From positions 2,272,001 to 2,336,000 of the forward strand of contig OY968796.1 in the NCBI GenBank assembly GCA_963695545.1: 64,000 nt of DNA. Direction: 5' to 3'. Below, in pieces: positions 30,271-40,282 of the stretch. The position numbers and the translations under genes were made by a program. The notes beneath the pieces were generated by a model. The model did no database searches, had not been told where the DNA came from, and saw only the letters and a list, made by a program, of their open reading frames with translations. The DNA is from Terriglobia bacterium (GTDB taxonomy: Bacteria > Acidobacteriota > Terriglobia > Acidiferrales > UBA7541). Every line of letters starts with the position of its first letter. Position 1 is the first letter of the stretch.

Positions 30271-31353
30271 ATGCAACGAAGAATTCCTCAACTCGACGGC
30301 GTCCGGGGCGTGGCGATTCTCGTCGTGATGCTTCACAACATCAGCCTGAAATATCCTCTATTCCACTCGCAACGGTTGTTCGCTGATGGCTGGATGGGAG
30401 TCGATCTCTTTTTTGTGCTTTCCGGTTTCCTGATTACCGGCATCCTGGTTGATACAAAGCAATCGGAGGCTTATTTCAAAAATTTTTACGTCCGTCGCTG
30501 TCTGAGAATATGGCCCCTTTATTACTCGCTGCTCTTTTTCATGTTCGTCGTTGTTCGTTTCGTGAGCAAGTCGCAATACCATGACATTATTCAACAGTCG
30601 TCGCCCTGGTGGGCCTTTCCGCTGTTCCTGCAGAACTTCTTGCTTCCGATTTCAACCAATGCGGCCGGCCCCTTGGGTGTCACCTGGTCGCTCGCCATTG
30701 AGGAACAGTTTTATTTGGTCTGGGCCCTGGTTGTGCGATTTTGTTCGGCCACTAGCCTGCGGCGCGTCGCCGTCGCGGAGATTTGCATTTCGCCCGTGCT
30801 ACGCTATTTCCTCTCGCTCCGCCACGTCGATCTCTACATAAACGTATTCTGCCGATTGGACGGCCTGATGGCCGGAGCGCTTCTTGCGCTTCTTGTTCGA
30901 TCTGACAAATTTATCCCATCGAAGTGGCTCAAGCGCGCCTGGATTTTGCTGGCGATCGCAACGCCGCTTGCAATCTTGACCGCGCGCTACAATCTCGGAT
31001 GGATTCTGTATTCCCTTACGGCGCTGGCTTCGGTGTCCTTCGTTTACGTTTCGTTGTTTTCACCACGAAAGTGGCTACGGTCAGTGATGACCAACCGATT
31101 CCTGGTCTATACCGGGGTCACGAGTTACGGGCTGTACTTGCTGCACAAGATTCCCTTTGGCGTGGTGCAAACGCTTCGTCTGGATCGTCATCCCTTCGTT
31201 CCGCTACCGTTCATATTCGTAACGAGTTTTGCGATGGCGGCGATCTCCTGGAATCTTCTTGAGAAGCCATTCCTGAACTTGAAGCGTTACTTCGAGTCCC
31301 AGCCGAGTGAGCGGGCTGGCCGCGGTCTCTCGATTTCAGTCGCTTCGCGCTGA
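30271..31353 (+). CDS. Acyltransferase-3 (OafA/YrhL) membrane O-acyltransferase
   Basis: LDGVRGVA, GVDLFFVLSGFLI, FYVRRCLRIWPLY, WSLAIEEQFY, SYGLYLLH. Confidence 0.93.
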   Translation: MQRRIPQLDGVRGVAILVVMLHNISLKYPLFHSQRLFADGWMGVDLFFVLSGFLITGILVDTKQSEAYFKNFYVRRCLRIWPLYYSLLFFMFVVVRFVSKSQYHDIIQQSSPWWAFPLFLQNFLLPISTNAAGPLGVTWSLAIEEQFYLVWALVVRFCSATSLRRVAVAEICISPVLRYFLSLRHVDLYINVFCRLDGLMAGALLALLVRSDKFIPSKWLKRAWILLAIATPLAILTARYNLGWILYSLTALASVSFVYVSLFSPRKWLRSVMTNRFLVYTGVTSYGLYLLHKIPFGVVQTLRLDRHPFVPLPFIFVTSFAMAAISWNLLEKPFLNLKRYFESQPSERAGRGLSISVASR

Positions 31354-31440
31354 ACTTTTGTCGGACGAGGGGATCGCAACAGAGTCTTGGAGCTTCATGG
31401 AAGGCGCGTTTCTCGAAATCGGATGCCTCGTATACTTTGC

Positions 31441-32289
31441 TCAGTGTTTCTTCAGCAGGCACGCACCGGTCCACGGATAATTTCCTTGCACCACCTTGGG
31501 TTCGGGCAATAAGGAGAGCAACTCCTCTGGTGCCCGGCCCAACTGTGCCGCGGTCCTGAGGAACCCCTGCGTGTCCGTTGGTTCCCAGCCGTACGCCGCG
31601 AAAAAATTCGCGCCGTCCGAGGGACCAAACTTGAACGCCGCGCCCGCGTCGCTGAGCTGCTTTCCGGTCGAGCGCTGCATGTATTTCAGCTGGCCGGGCG
31701 AGGCAAGGTCGATGATCCAGCTTCGGAAATGCTCCCCGAGAGCAAGATCCCGCGCCAAGGATGCAACCTCGTCGCTCGTGAAATAGATCAACAACCCTTC
31801 GGTAACGACTGCGATTTTCTTCGCTCGCTGGTCGAGATCCGTGAAAAGAGCTTGGCGTTTGGGGTTGTCGGACAGGTCCAAGCTGACGCGCTCGAGCCTG
31901 CATTTTGGTTTTTCGTTTCCAAGAATTTCTTGCTTGTACGAGACGATTTCTGGCAAGTCCACTTCCACCCATTGAAATTCCGGACGGAGCTCCATGCGGT
32001 ACGGCCGGGCGTCGAGTCCCGCGGCGAGATTCAACACAAGGTCCGCCCCTTCCCGGATTTCGCGCGAGATGAACTGGTCAAAAAGATAGGTCCGCGCTAC
32101 CCAAGCCCACTCATGTTTGTTTCCCTGAGCCAGGTTGTTGGCGATTTGAAATCCGCGTTCGCCGGCGAGGCGCTCGGCGAAAGGATCGCGGAACAGCGCG
32201 TCTGGCCGCTGCGTTTCGCGGGCGCGAAAATACGCAACCCATCGCGCGGTATCGGATATGTTGCGAACGGAAGAGTTCGTGTCGTCCAT
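31441..32289 (-). CDS. SAM-dependent O-methyltransferase (LCM/leucine carboxyl methyltransferase-like)
   Basis: DTARWVAYFRARE, LFRDPFA, LAAGLDARPYR, EVDLP, TEGLLIY. Confidence 0.88.
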   Translation of the reverse strand: MDDTNSSVRNISDTARWVAYFRARETQRPDALFRDPFAERLAGERGFQIANNLAQGNKHEWAWVARTYLFDQFISREIREGADLVLNLAAGLDARPYRMELRPEFQWVEVDLPEIVSYKQEILGNEKPKCRLERVSLDLSDNPKRQALFTDLDQRAKKIAVVTEGLLIYFTSDEVASLARDLALGEHFRSWIIDLASPGQLKYMQRSTGKQLSDAGAAFKFGPSDGANFFAAYGWEPTDTQGFLRTAAQLGRAPEELLSLLPEPKVVQGNYPWTGACLLKKH

Positions 32290-32728
32290 ACGCGAGCGCC
32301 CCAGAATGTCAAGAGAAACATTATGACGTAGAGTGCGAATTGCGGAACAGGAAATTGTTCGATTCGATTGTGGAATATCCGATTGCCAACGATCATATTG
32401 ATCGGCGGGGCTATGGGGTGGGCGTTGCAATTGACGAAAGAAGTTTGGTAGGGAACTCATTGCATACGATTCCACGACAGCGCTTGATCCGAAGCAGGGG
32501 AGCGGGATTGTGTTGATAAGGAATTGTCCGCGCGCCCGTGCCGAGAAAGCGCTCAAGAAGGCCCAAAATCTTGGTAACATTCCTAGATTGAGCATCTTAC
32601 GGTACGTATGTAAGTTTCCTGATCGCCATATTATGGTAGGCTGATTGCGTTCTGGGTCGTCGGGTCATTTTCGAAAACTTGCTTAGCTTCGCGCCGCGCA
32701 GCCAGATGACGTGAGATCCGGGCACAAG

Positions 32729-33982
32729 ATGGAGGCTCGAACCACTGTGGAACCAACGATTCTCATTGCGACTACCCAGCGCTGGATCTCGACCGCCCGG
32801 CTGGCGGTCGCGCTCGCTGACGCCGGGTTTACCATTGATGCTGTCTGCCCGCCTCGTCACCCACTAGCCGGGACCGGCGTGGTGCGAGACACATATCGGT
32901 ATCGCGGCCTGTCGGGCGTGACGTCCATCGCCGATGCAATCGCGGCTTCAAAACCGGACTTGATCGTTCCCGGAAACGACTTGGCGACCCAGCAACTGCA
33001 CCTTCTGTACGCTCGCGAGCAGCAGAATGGTGCCGCCGGCGCGCCGATTTGCGCGCTGATCGAGCGTTCGCTCGGAGCTGCGAAGAATTTTGCACTTGCT
33101 TACGCGCGGACCAAATTTATGGATCTGGCCCAGGAAGAGGGCATCCGCACTCCGAACACGGAAGTCATTAGCGACATCAGCGACCTCAAGAAGTGGATCG
33201 GTCACTCGGGTCTTCCCACGGTCCTGAAAGCGGACGGCACTTCGGGAGGCGACGGAGTGAGAGTCGTCCGGACCTTGGAAGAAGCCGAACGGGCGCTGCG
33301 GATTCTCCAAGCCCCTCCGCTTGTGGCGCGGGCGGCGAAGCACGCTTTGATCGATCAGGACCTGACGATGGTTTGGCCCACGCTGCTTCGGACGCGCTCC
33401 GTCGTGAATGCCCAATCATTTGTTGCGGGGCACGAAGCAACCAGCGTAGTCGCTTGTTGGGAGGGGGAGGTATTGGCTGGCCTCCATTTTGAAGTGATCA
33501 AGAAACTTCATGCCACTGGCCCGGCCACCGTTCTGCGCCTGACCGAGCACTCCGAGATGTCGACCGCTGCCGAAAAAATGGTGCGCCGCCTTGGCTTATC
33601 GGGAGTGGTCGGGTTTGATTTCATGCTCGAGGCACAAACCGGAAACGCTTATCTAATCGAAATAAATCCTCGATCGACTCAAGTGGGGCACCTGGCGCTG
33701 GGCCTCGGACGCGATATTCCCGCGGCGCTGTTCTCGGCCGTGTCCGGACAGCCTATCCGCCCCGCACCGAAAGTCACGGAATACGACACGATCGCTCTTT
33801 TCCCGCTGGAATGGATTAGAGACTCGGCCAGTTCTTTTCTTCAATCTTCCTATCATGATGTTCCGTGGGACAGACCCGAACTGATTCGCGCCTGCGTCCG
33901 CGCACGCCGGAAACAGCGCGCCTGGTATTCCCAGCAGGGTCGCCTTCAGGCCTTTTCGGTGGCGCGCCCTCCTCGCGTATGA
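32729..33982 (+). CDS. ATP-grasp domain protein 2
   Basis: GIRTP, PTVLKADGTSGGDGV, GFDFM...YLIEINPR. Confidence 0.82.
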   Translation: MEARTTVEPTILIATTQRWISTARLAVALADAGFTIDAVCPPRHPLAGTGVVRDTYRYRGLSGVTSIADAIAASKPDLIVPGNDLATQQLHLLYAREQQNGAAGAPICALIERSLGAAKNFALAYARTKFMDLAQEEGIRTPNTEVISDISDLKKWIGHSGLPTVLKADGTSGGDGVRVVRTLEEAERALRILQAPPLVARAAKHALIDQDLTMVWPTLLRTRSVVNAQSFVAGHEATSVVACWEGEVLAGLHFEVIKKLHATGPATVLRLTEHSEMSTAAEKMVRRLGLSGVVGFDFMLEAQTGNAYLIEINPRSTQVGHLALGLGRDIPAALFSAVSGQPIRPAPKVTEYDTIALFPLEWIRDSASSFLQSSYHDVPWDRPELIRACVRARRKQRAWYSQQGRLQAFSVARPPRV

Positions 33983-34037
33983 AGGTTCCAGCCAATCACA
34001 GCCGAAAAGGTTATAGTGCTGGCGAGCCGGAGGAGAC

Positions 34038-34805
34038 ATGAAAGGCGTAGTGCTCGCGGGCGGAACAGGCAGTCGGCTAAGTCCGCTCACTCGAGTTACG
34101 AACAAGCATCTACTCCCCATCTACGACAAGCCCATGGTGTATTACCCCATTCAGACTTTGGTCAACGCGGGAATAGAAGAGATTCTTCTTGTTACGGGCG
34201 GCAAGAATGCGGGCGATTTTCTGCGCTTATTGGGAAATGGCCGCGATTTCGGCTTGAAACACTTGAATTACACATATCAGGAAGGTGAAGGCGGAATCGC
34301 CGAAGCGCTCGCTTTGGCCGAGTATTTTGCTGCTGGAGAACCGATCTGTGTTATCCTCGGCGACAACATTATCGAGAACAACATTCGAGCAGCCGTGGAA
34401 CATTTCGAGTATCAACAAGAAGGCGCAAAGATTCTTCTCAAAGAAGTGGTTGATGCGCATCGATTCGGCGTGGCCGAAATTCGCGGCGAGCGTGTTGTGG
34501 GTATCGAGGAGAAACCCAAGGCGCCGAAATCCAACTGTGCCGTCGTCGGAATCTATCTTTATGACGCAACCGTGTTCGAAAAAATCCGGCGCTTGAAACC
34601 ATCGGGGCGCGGCGAACTCGAAATCACCGACGTCAACAATTTCTATATCGAAGAGGGCAAACTCACCTACGAACTGCTCGACGGTTGGTGGACCGACGCC
34701 GGAACATTCGAGTCACTGTTGCGCGCCAACACCTTGGTGGCCGAAACCGGCGCCAACAATATGGTGGCTACACGCACGAAGCCTCGTGAGCGAGGCGCGC
34801 GATGA
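34038..34805 (+). CDS. rmlA: Glucose-1-phosphate thymidylyltransferase (short form)
   Basis: LAGGTGSRL, NKHLLPIYDKPM, LGDN, EEKP, RGELEITD, WTDAGT. Confidence 0.9.
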   Translation: MKGVVLAGGTGSRLSPLTRVTNKHLLPIYDKPMVYYPIQTLVNAGIEEILLVTGGKNAGDFLRLLGNGRDFGLKHLNYTYQEGEGGIAEALALAEYFAAGEPICVILGDNIIENNIRAAVEHFEYQQEGAKILLKEVVDAHRFGVAEIRGERVVGIEEKPKAPKSNCAVVGIYLYDATVFEKIRRLKPSGRGELEITDVNNFYIEEGKLTYELLDGWWTDAGTFESLLRANTLVAETGANNMVATRTKPRERGAR

Positions 34806-35851
34806 AGATTCTAGCGACCGGCGGTGCCGGATTTATCGGCTCCAATTTTATCCGCTACATTCTTGGACTCAGCCGCGGATACGCTGTCGTCAACTTCGAT
34901 AATCTGACTTACGCGGGGAACCTGGCCAATCTCGATTCGCTCGCATCAAGCTCCCAATATAAATTCATTAAAGGAGATATCCTCGATGCTGCCGCGGTGG
35001 AAGCCGCGATGGCCGGCTGCGATGCCGTCGTTCACTTTGCCGCGGATTCCCATGTTGATCGAAGCATTTACGAGCCGGCGGTATCGATCGAGACCAACGT
35101 AAAGGGCACATTCATTTTGCTGCAAGTCGCGCGCAGACTGAAAATTGCCCGCTTCGTTCACATTTCCACCGATGAAGTGTATGGCGACATGCCGCAGGGT
35201 GCTTTCGCGGACGAAGACTCACCTCTGCGGCCGAGCAGCCCCTACTCCTCGACCAAGGCCGCGGGGGATTTGCTCGTGCGCTCTTACGTGCGCACCTATG
35301 GATTTCCCGCTCTCATTACGCGTTCGTCGAATAACTACGGCCCGTATCAGTTTCCAGAAAAATTCCTGCCGCTCATGATTACCAACGCCCTGGACGACAA
35401 ACCGCTGCCAATCTATGGCGATGGAAAACAACAGCGCGACTGGCTTCATGTCGAGGACAATTGCCGCGGCATTCTCGCGGTGCTCGAACGAGGGCGTGTG
35501 GGCGAGGTTTACAACATCGGCGGCCGCGAGGTCGAAGAAAACCTCACCATGGCACGTCGAATACTTCGGCTAACTGGCAAACCCGAATCGTTGCTTTCCT
35601 ACGTGTCGGACCGCCCCGGCCATGATCGGCGCTACGCGTTGAAATGCGACAAGATCGAGCGAGCATTGGGTTGGAAGCCTGCCATTTCTCTTGACGACGG
35701 CTTACGTCAAACAATTGATTGGTATGCGAAGAGTACGGAATGGCTGGCCGGAGTCCGCGGCGGAGAGTATCGGTCCTACTATGAGAAGTACTACGACAAG
35801 CGCGATTCCTCGCTGCACGCCATCGCACATCCAGGGGCGAAGGCTCGCTAG
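34802..35851 (+). CDS. rmlB: dTDP-glucose 4,6-dehydratase
   Basis: TGGAGFIG, SHVDRSI, STDEVYG, YSSTK, DRPGHDRRY. Confidence 0.95.
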   Translation: MKILATGGAGFIGSNFIRYILGLSRGYAVVNFDNLTYAGNLANLDSLASSSQYKFIKGDILDAAAVEAAMAGCDAVVHFAADSHVDRSIYEPAVSIETNVKGTFILLQVARRLKIARFVHISTDEVYGDMPQGAFADEDSPLRPSSPYSSTKAAGDLLVRSYVRTYGFPALITRSSNNYGPYQFPEKFLPLMITNALDDKPLPIYGDGKQQRDWLHVEDNCRGILAVLERGRVGEVYNIGGREVEENLTMARRILRLTGKPESLLSYVSDRPGHDRRYALKCDKIERALGWKPAISLDDGLRQTIDWYAKSTEWLAGVRGGEYRSYYEKYYDKRDSSLHAIAHPGAKAR

Positions 35852-35938
35852 ATTTGGAGACTTTCTGGGTTGGGTTCCCGCGAGGATTGCGAGACGTCCA
35901 CCCGCCACCGCCCCAAGCGCTAAGGAGGAATATATTCG

Positions 35939-36499
35939 TTGCAGCGAATCGAGACAAGTCTGCCGGGAGTTTTGGAACTGCGTCCCGAAATTTTCCGCGA
36001 TGAGCGCGGTTCTTTCATGGAAACGTATCACGCCCGAAAATTCGCTGCGTTAGGAATCGCCGGCGAATTCCCTCAAGACAACCAATCCAGATCTGTGAAG
36101 GGAACGCTGAGAGGTCTTCACTATCAGTTGCGTCACCCGCAGGCCAAACTTTGCCGGGTCCTGGAGGGCGAAGCTTTCGACGTGGTCGTGGACATTCGGC
36201 TCGGCTCGCCATATTTCGGTAAGTGGACAGCCCTCGTTCTTTCGGCGACGGAACAAAATCAGATTTACATTCCGCCCGGATTCGCACATGGCTTTCTTGC
36301 TCTAACCGAGGTGGTTGAATTCCTGTATAAGTGCAGCGATTTCTACGATCCGTCCGACGAACATGGATTACTTTGGACCGACCCCTCCCTGCGGATCCCA
36401 TGGGGCGTTGAGCACCCACTGGTCTCCGAAAAAGATTCGAAGTACCCCACCCTCGCCAGCGTGGCCCACGAGTTTCTTCCGCGGTTTCCCGGGAAATGA
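35939..36499 (+). CDS. rmlC: dTDP-4-dehydrorhamnose 3,5-epimerase
   Basis: DERGSFME, RGLHYQ, VDIRLGSP, GFAHGF; AAGGAGG before a TTG start. Confidence 0.95.
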   Translation: MQRIETSLPGVLELRPEIFRDERGSFMETYHARKFAALGIAGEFPQDNQSRSVKGTLRGLHYQLRHPQAKLCRVLEGEAFDVVVDIRLGSPYFGKWTALVLSATEQNQIYIPPGFAHGFLALTEVVEFLYKCSDFYDPSDEHGLLWTDPSLRIPWGVEHPLVSEKDSKYPTLASVAHEFLPRFPGK

Positions 36500-37428
36500 A
36501 AGCCAAAATTCTTCTCATCGGCAAAAATGGCCAGGTCGGCGGAGAACTGCAGCGTCTGTTGCCTCGCCTGGGCGAAGTCGTTGCGCTCGATCGCCAGCAG
36601 CTGGATCTTGCGAAGCCGGACGAAATTCGCCGAGTGGTGCGCGAGGTCCGGCCTGGGTTAATCGTGAACGCCGCGGCCTACACCGCCGTTGATCAGGCCG
36701 AAAAGGAAGAGGCGGCAGCCCAGTCCATAAATGCTGCCGCCCCTGCGGTGCTCGCGGAGGAGGCGAAGAAAATAGGCGCGGCTCTCGTCCACTACTCGAC
36801 CGACTACGTATTCGATGGATCGAAGCGCACTCCCCACGAAGAGGACGATTCGCCAAATCCGATCAGCGTCTACGGCAGGACGAAACTCGCAGGTGAACAG
36901 GCCATCCGTGAAACTGGGGTACCACACCTAATTTTTCGCACGGAGTGGGTCTACGCGAGGCAGGGCCGGAATTTCCTGCTCACGATTCTGAGCCTCGCCG
37001 CAGAACGCGAGGAATTGAGAATCGTTTCCGATCAAATCGGCGCGCCCACGTCAAGCCGCGAAATCGCCCAAGCAACAACCGAAATACTCGCGCAAATTTC
37101 TGAGCCGCTTGCGAATCGACCTTCGTGGTCTGAAGTGAGCGGCACGTATCACATGACAGCTTCCGGAGAAACGACCTGGTACGAATTTGCGAGAGCGATT
37201 CTGGAGGAGGCATCGCAGGCGGATCGGACTGCGGCGTGGCTCGCGGCGGCCACCGGCGGGCGTCCGTTGATCGCGCAGCGAGTCGTCCCGATTAAATCCG
37301 AAGACTACCCGACGCTGGCCCGTCGCCCCGCTTATTCAATTCTCTCGAACGCTCGCCTCGCAAGGACGTTCGGCGTTCATCTTCCCGATTGGCGTACACA
37401 GCTGCGCCTGCTGGTCTGCGCCGTATAG
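36496..37428 (+). CDS. rmlD: dTDP-4-dehydrorhamnose reductase
   Basis: GKNGQVG, NAAAYTAVD, STDYVFDG, YGRTKLAGE, DQIGAPT. Confidence 0.95.
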   Translation: MKAKILLIGKNGQVGGELQRLLPRLGEVVALDRQQLDLAKPDEIRRVVREVRPGLIVNAAAYTAVDQAEKEEAAAQSINAAAPAVLAEEAKKIGAALVHYSTDYVFDGSKRTPHEEDDSPNPISVYGRTKLAGEQAIRETGVPHLIFRTEWVYARQGRNFLLTILSLAAEREELRIVSDQIGAPTSSREIAQATTEILAQISEPLANRPSWSEVSGTYHMTASGETTWYEFARAILEEASQADRTAAWLAAATGGRPLIAQRVVPIKSEDYPTLARRPAYSILSNARLARTFGVHLPDWRTQLRLLVCAV

Positions 37429-37536
37429 CGTCGTAGAAGTGGCAAGGTCGGGGAGCCTATTCGGGGCAGCGCACAGCATGCTCGCGTATGTGATCCGCGC
37501 AAGCTGTGCGAGCGATTCCAGAATCATCTTCCGGCG

Positions 37537-38613
37537 CTACGGGATACTGACGGTGGCAGTAGTTGAAAGGACGCTCTCGACGCCGGCGGCATCGACCGCC
37601 GTTACGGCGTATGTGTAGGTTTGGCCCGACGCCACGCCGAAGTCCTGATAGCTAAGCGATTGGTCGATCTCGCCGGTCAGTTTGGATAGCTGCGCGTTCG
37701 CACCGGTGCCGCGATAGACGTAATAGCCCACTACTACCGAAGGGCTGGGGCTCCAATTCAAACTCACTGAAGGCGTTCCGGCGGCGACGCCGGTGCCGGA
37801 CAGCGGAATCTGCAATTGCGGGGCGTTGCTTGCCACGACGACGCTGCCCGTCGCAAAGCCCGGCGTAGTCGGATCGAAGCTCACCATCACATCGACCGAT
37901 TGATTCGGCGCTAGCGTGACAGACGACCCGCCGCTGACGCTGAATCCAGGCCCTCCCGCGGTGATCGACGAGATACTGAGCGTCGAATTTCCCGAGTTCG
38001 TCAGCACGACATTTTGTGACAGGGCGACTCCAACAGTCGTGGTCGCAAACGTAATCGACGCGGGGTTTGCTGAGAGCTGAACGGCCGACGGGCCGACCGT
38101 TGCGCTTAGGCCGACCGTCGTCGGCGAACCCGCTGCGTTGCTGGTGATCGTCACAGTTCCGGAGGCGCCGCCGAACGTGGGCGATTCGAAGGTGATCGCA
38201 GCGTATGCACTCTGGCCGGCCAACAGAGTGAGCGGCAGTGAAAGCCCGGCCACGCCGAATCCACTTCCCGATGCAACAATCTGGGTGAGCGTCAAATTGG
38301 CTGACCCGATATTCGACAAGACGAGCGTCTGCGCGTAATTCACGCCCGCAAGCACATTGCCGAATGAAATCGATGACGGTGTCGCTTCAGGTGCCACGGG
38401 CAGCGCAGGAGGAGGCGCCGCTGCAACCTCTTGAGCCGAGGGCGCGCCCAACGAAGCCGTGGACGCTATGCAGCCCGAGAGGTTGATTATTCCAAGGACG
38501 AGAAGGCCCAGAAGAACTATGGAACCGAAAGATACGCCTCCCACAGTTTTCGATTTCTCTCGTTCGCATGCCGGGGTGGGCCTGCGAATGGAAGGACCTC
38601 TCAAAGTATCCAA
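37537..38613 (-). CDS. Lipoprotein with two choice-of-anchor-D/ASH Ig-like repeats and a C-terminal FN3-like domain; start uncertain (GTG 38544 possible)
   Basis: Lipobox LSGC; repeats PxSIxFG...LxNxG; C-terminal SLNW...GYYVYR...YAVTAVD...ES. Confidence 0.8.
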   Translation of the reverse strand: MDTLRGPSIRRPTPACEREKSKTVGGVSFGSIVLLGLLVLGIINLSGCIASTASLGAPSAQEVAAAPPPALPVAPEATPSSISFGNVLAGVNYAQTLVLSNIGSANLTLTQIVASGSGFGVAGLSLPLTLLAGQSAYAAITFESPTFGGASGTVTITSNAAGSPTTVGLSATVGPSAVQLSANPASITFATTTVGVALSQNVVLTNSGNSTLSISSITAGGPGFSVSGGSSVTLAPNQSVDVMVSFDPTTPGFATGSVVVASNAPQLQIPLSGTGVAAGTPSVSLNWSPSPSVVVGYYVYRGTGANAQLSKLTGEIDQSLSYQDFGVASGQTYTYAVTAVDAAGVESVLSTTATVSIP

Positions 38614-38713
38614 AGTATCGGCGAACTGAGCGTCAGAGTCCAGTCTCTCGAAGCATGTGTTGTGGAAAAACTCGGGGGATGCTCGAGCCCCTCAAATCCA
38701 ATTTGCGCCGTCG

Positions 38714-39963
38714 TGACCTGACCGGGGTTTTTTGTACCAGCGGGAGTGAGAGAGAATTCACTCTGGAGGGAAGCTGGTATGCCGATGAGGAGATACAAGC
38801 CGGAGCAGATCGTCACGCTGCTGCGGCAAGTTGAAGTTGAAATCGCCAACGGAAAGAGCACCCCACAAGCCTGCAAGGAAGCCGAGATCACCGCGCAGAC
38901 CTACTACCGCTGGCGGAAGGAATACGGCGGCCTGAAGTTGGATCAAGCGAAACGCCTCAAAGAGTTGGAGCGGGAAAACGCCAAGCTGAAACGGTTGGTG
39001 GCGGAGCTTTCGTTGGAGAAGCAAATTCTGAAGGATGTGGCAGAGGGAAACTTCTAAGCCCTGAGCGGCGACGTAGCGCGGTGGAGCATGCACGCGAGAG
39101 CTACCAAGTATCAGAGCGGCATGCCTGCCGGTTGCTGGGGCAGTGGAGAGGGACACAACGCTACGAGGTGATCCACCGAACGGATGAAGACGCGCTGACG
39201 CGAGACATCGTGGCGCTGGCCAGCGAGTACGGGCGCTTCGGCTATCGGAGGATCACGGCGCTGTTGCAAGCACGGGGCTGGTATGTGGGCAAGGATCGGG
39301 TGCAGCGGATCTGGCGGCGCGAAGGGCTGAAAGTGCCGCAGGGACAAAGGCCGCGAGGAAGGCTGTGGTTGAACGACGGATCGTGTGTTCGTCTCCGGCC
39401 GGAACGAGCCAACCATGTGTGGAGCTACGATTTCGTGAGCGCGATGACCCACGACGGCCGAACACTGCGAATGCTGACGCTGATCGACGAATACACGCGG
39501 GAGTGCCTGGCGATCCGCGTGGCGAGAAGGCTGGGGAGATACGAAGTGATCGAAGCGCTGGCGGACGTGATGCTTTACCGGGGAATTCCGGAACATATTC
39601 GCTCGGACAACGGCCCGGAGTTCGTGGCCAAGGAGCTGAGGAGTTGGCTGGCGAAGGTGGGAACGGGGACGCTGTACATCGAACCGGGAAGCCCTTGGGA
39701 GAATGGCTACTGCGAAAGCTTCAACGGGAAATTGCGCGATGAATGTTTGAACGGAGAGATTTTTTACTCGCTGAAGGAAGCGCAGATCGTGATCGAGAAA
39801 TGGCGGATGGTGTACAACACGCTGCGTCCGCACTCAGCGCTGGGCTACAGGCCACCGGCGCCGGTGGCCTGTAGCCCCTTGGTGCCGCCAATTCTCGGTT
39901 CGCCGTCGACGGCTGTGATGTAGACTCTCTCATTCACCGTGGTACAAAAACTCGGGCTGGTCA
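38714..39963 (+). mobile_element. IS3-family insertion sequence (IS407-group-like), 1,250 bp, apparently intact
   Basis: Ends TG...CA; imperfect terminal IRs TGACCTGACCGGGGTTTTTTGTACCA / TGACCAGCCCGAGTTTTTGTACCA; 4-bp target duplication GTCG at 38710-38713 and 39964-39967. Confidence 0.95.
38779..39923 (+). CDS. IS3 transposase OrfAB via -1 programmed frameshift (OrfA 38779-39057; OrfB frame to 39923)
   Basis: OrfA HTH (YYRWRKEYGG, LERENAKLKRLVAEL); slippery G-GGA-AAC at 39045-39051; OrfB WSYDF, SDNGPEF, PGSPWENGYCESFNG. Confidence 0.93.
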
Positions 39964-40282
39964 GTCGTAACATTCCTGTAACACAGCTCGCGCCTCGACT
40001 GCCGCGCGTTTCTTGCAAACGGCGGCGATTTCAGGCGGCGCTGTTCGTGTTTCCGGGTTATCGCCTGGCTCTTTCGTGATCCGGGCCGCGAGTGGCAGTC
40101 AGATTCTCGGAAGTGTCTGTGCAGAGAGGTTTGCGAATCCCAAGATCAGATTTAGGCGCGTCCGATTCAATTCAATTGCGCGTCCATTGTGTGGCAGCGG
40201 CGGCAGTACTGACGGGGGAACTTGACTGGGGCACAGCGCGAATCACGATCTGTGATCGTTGTCTGCTGTCGACGCGACGAAT

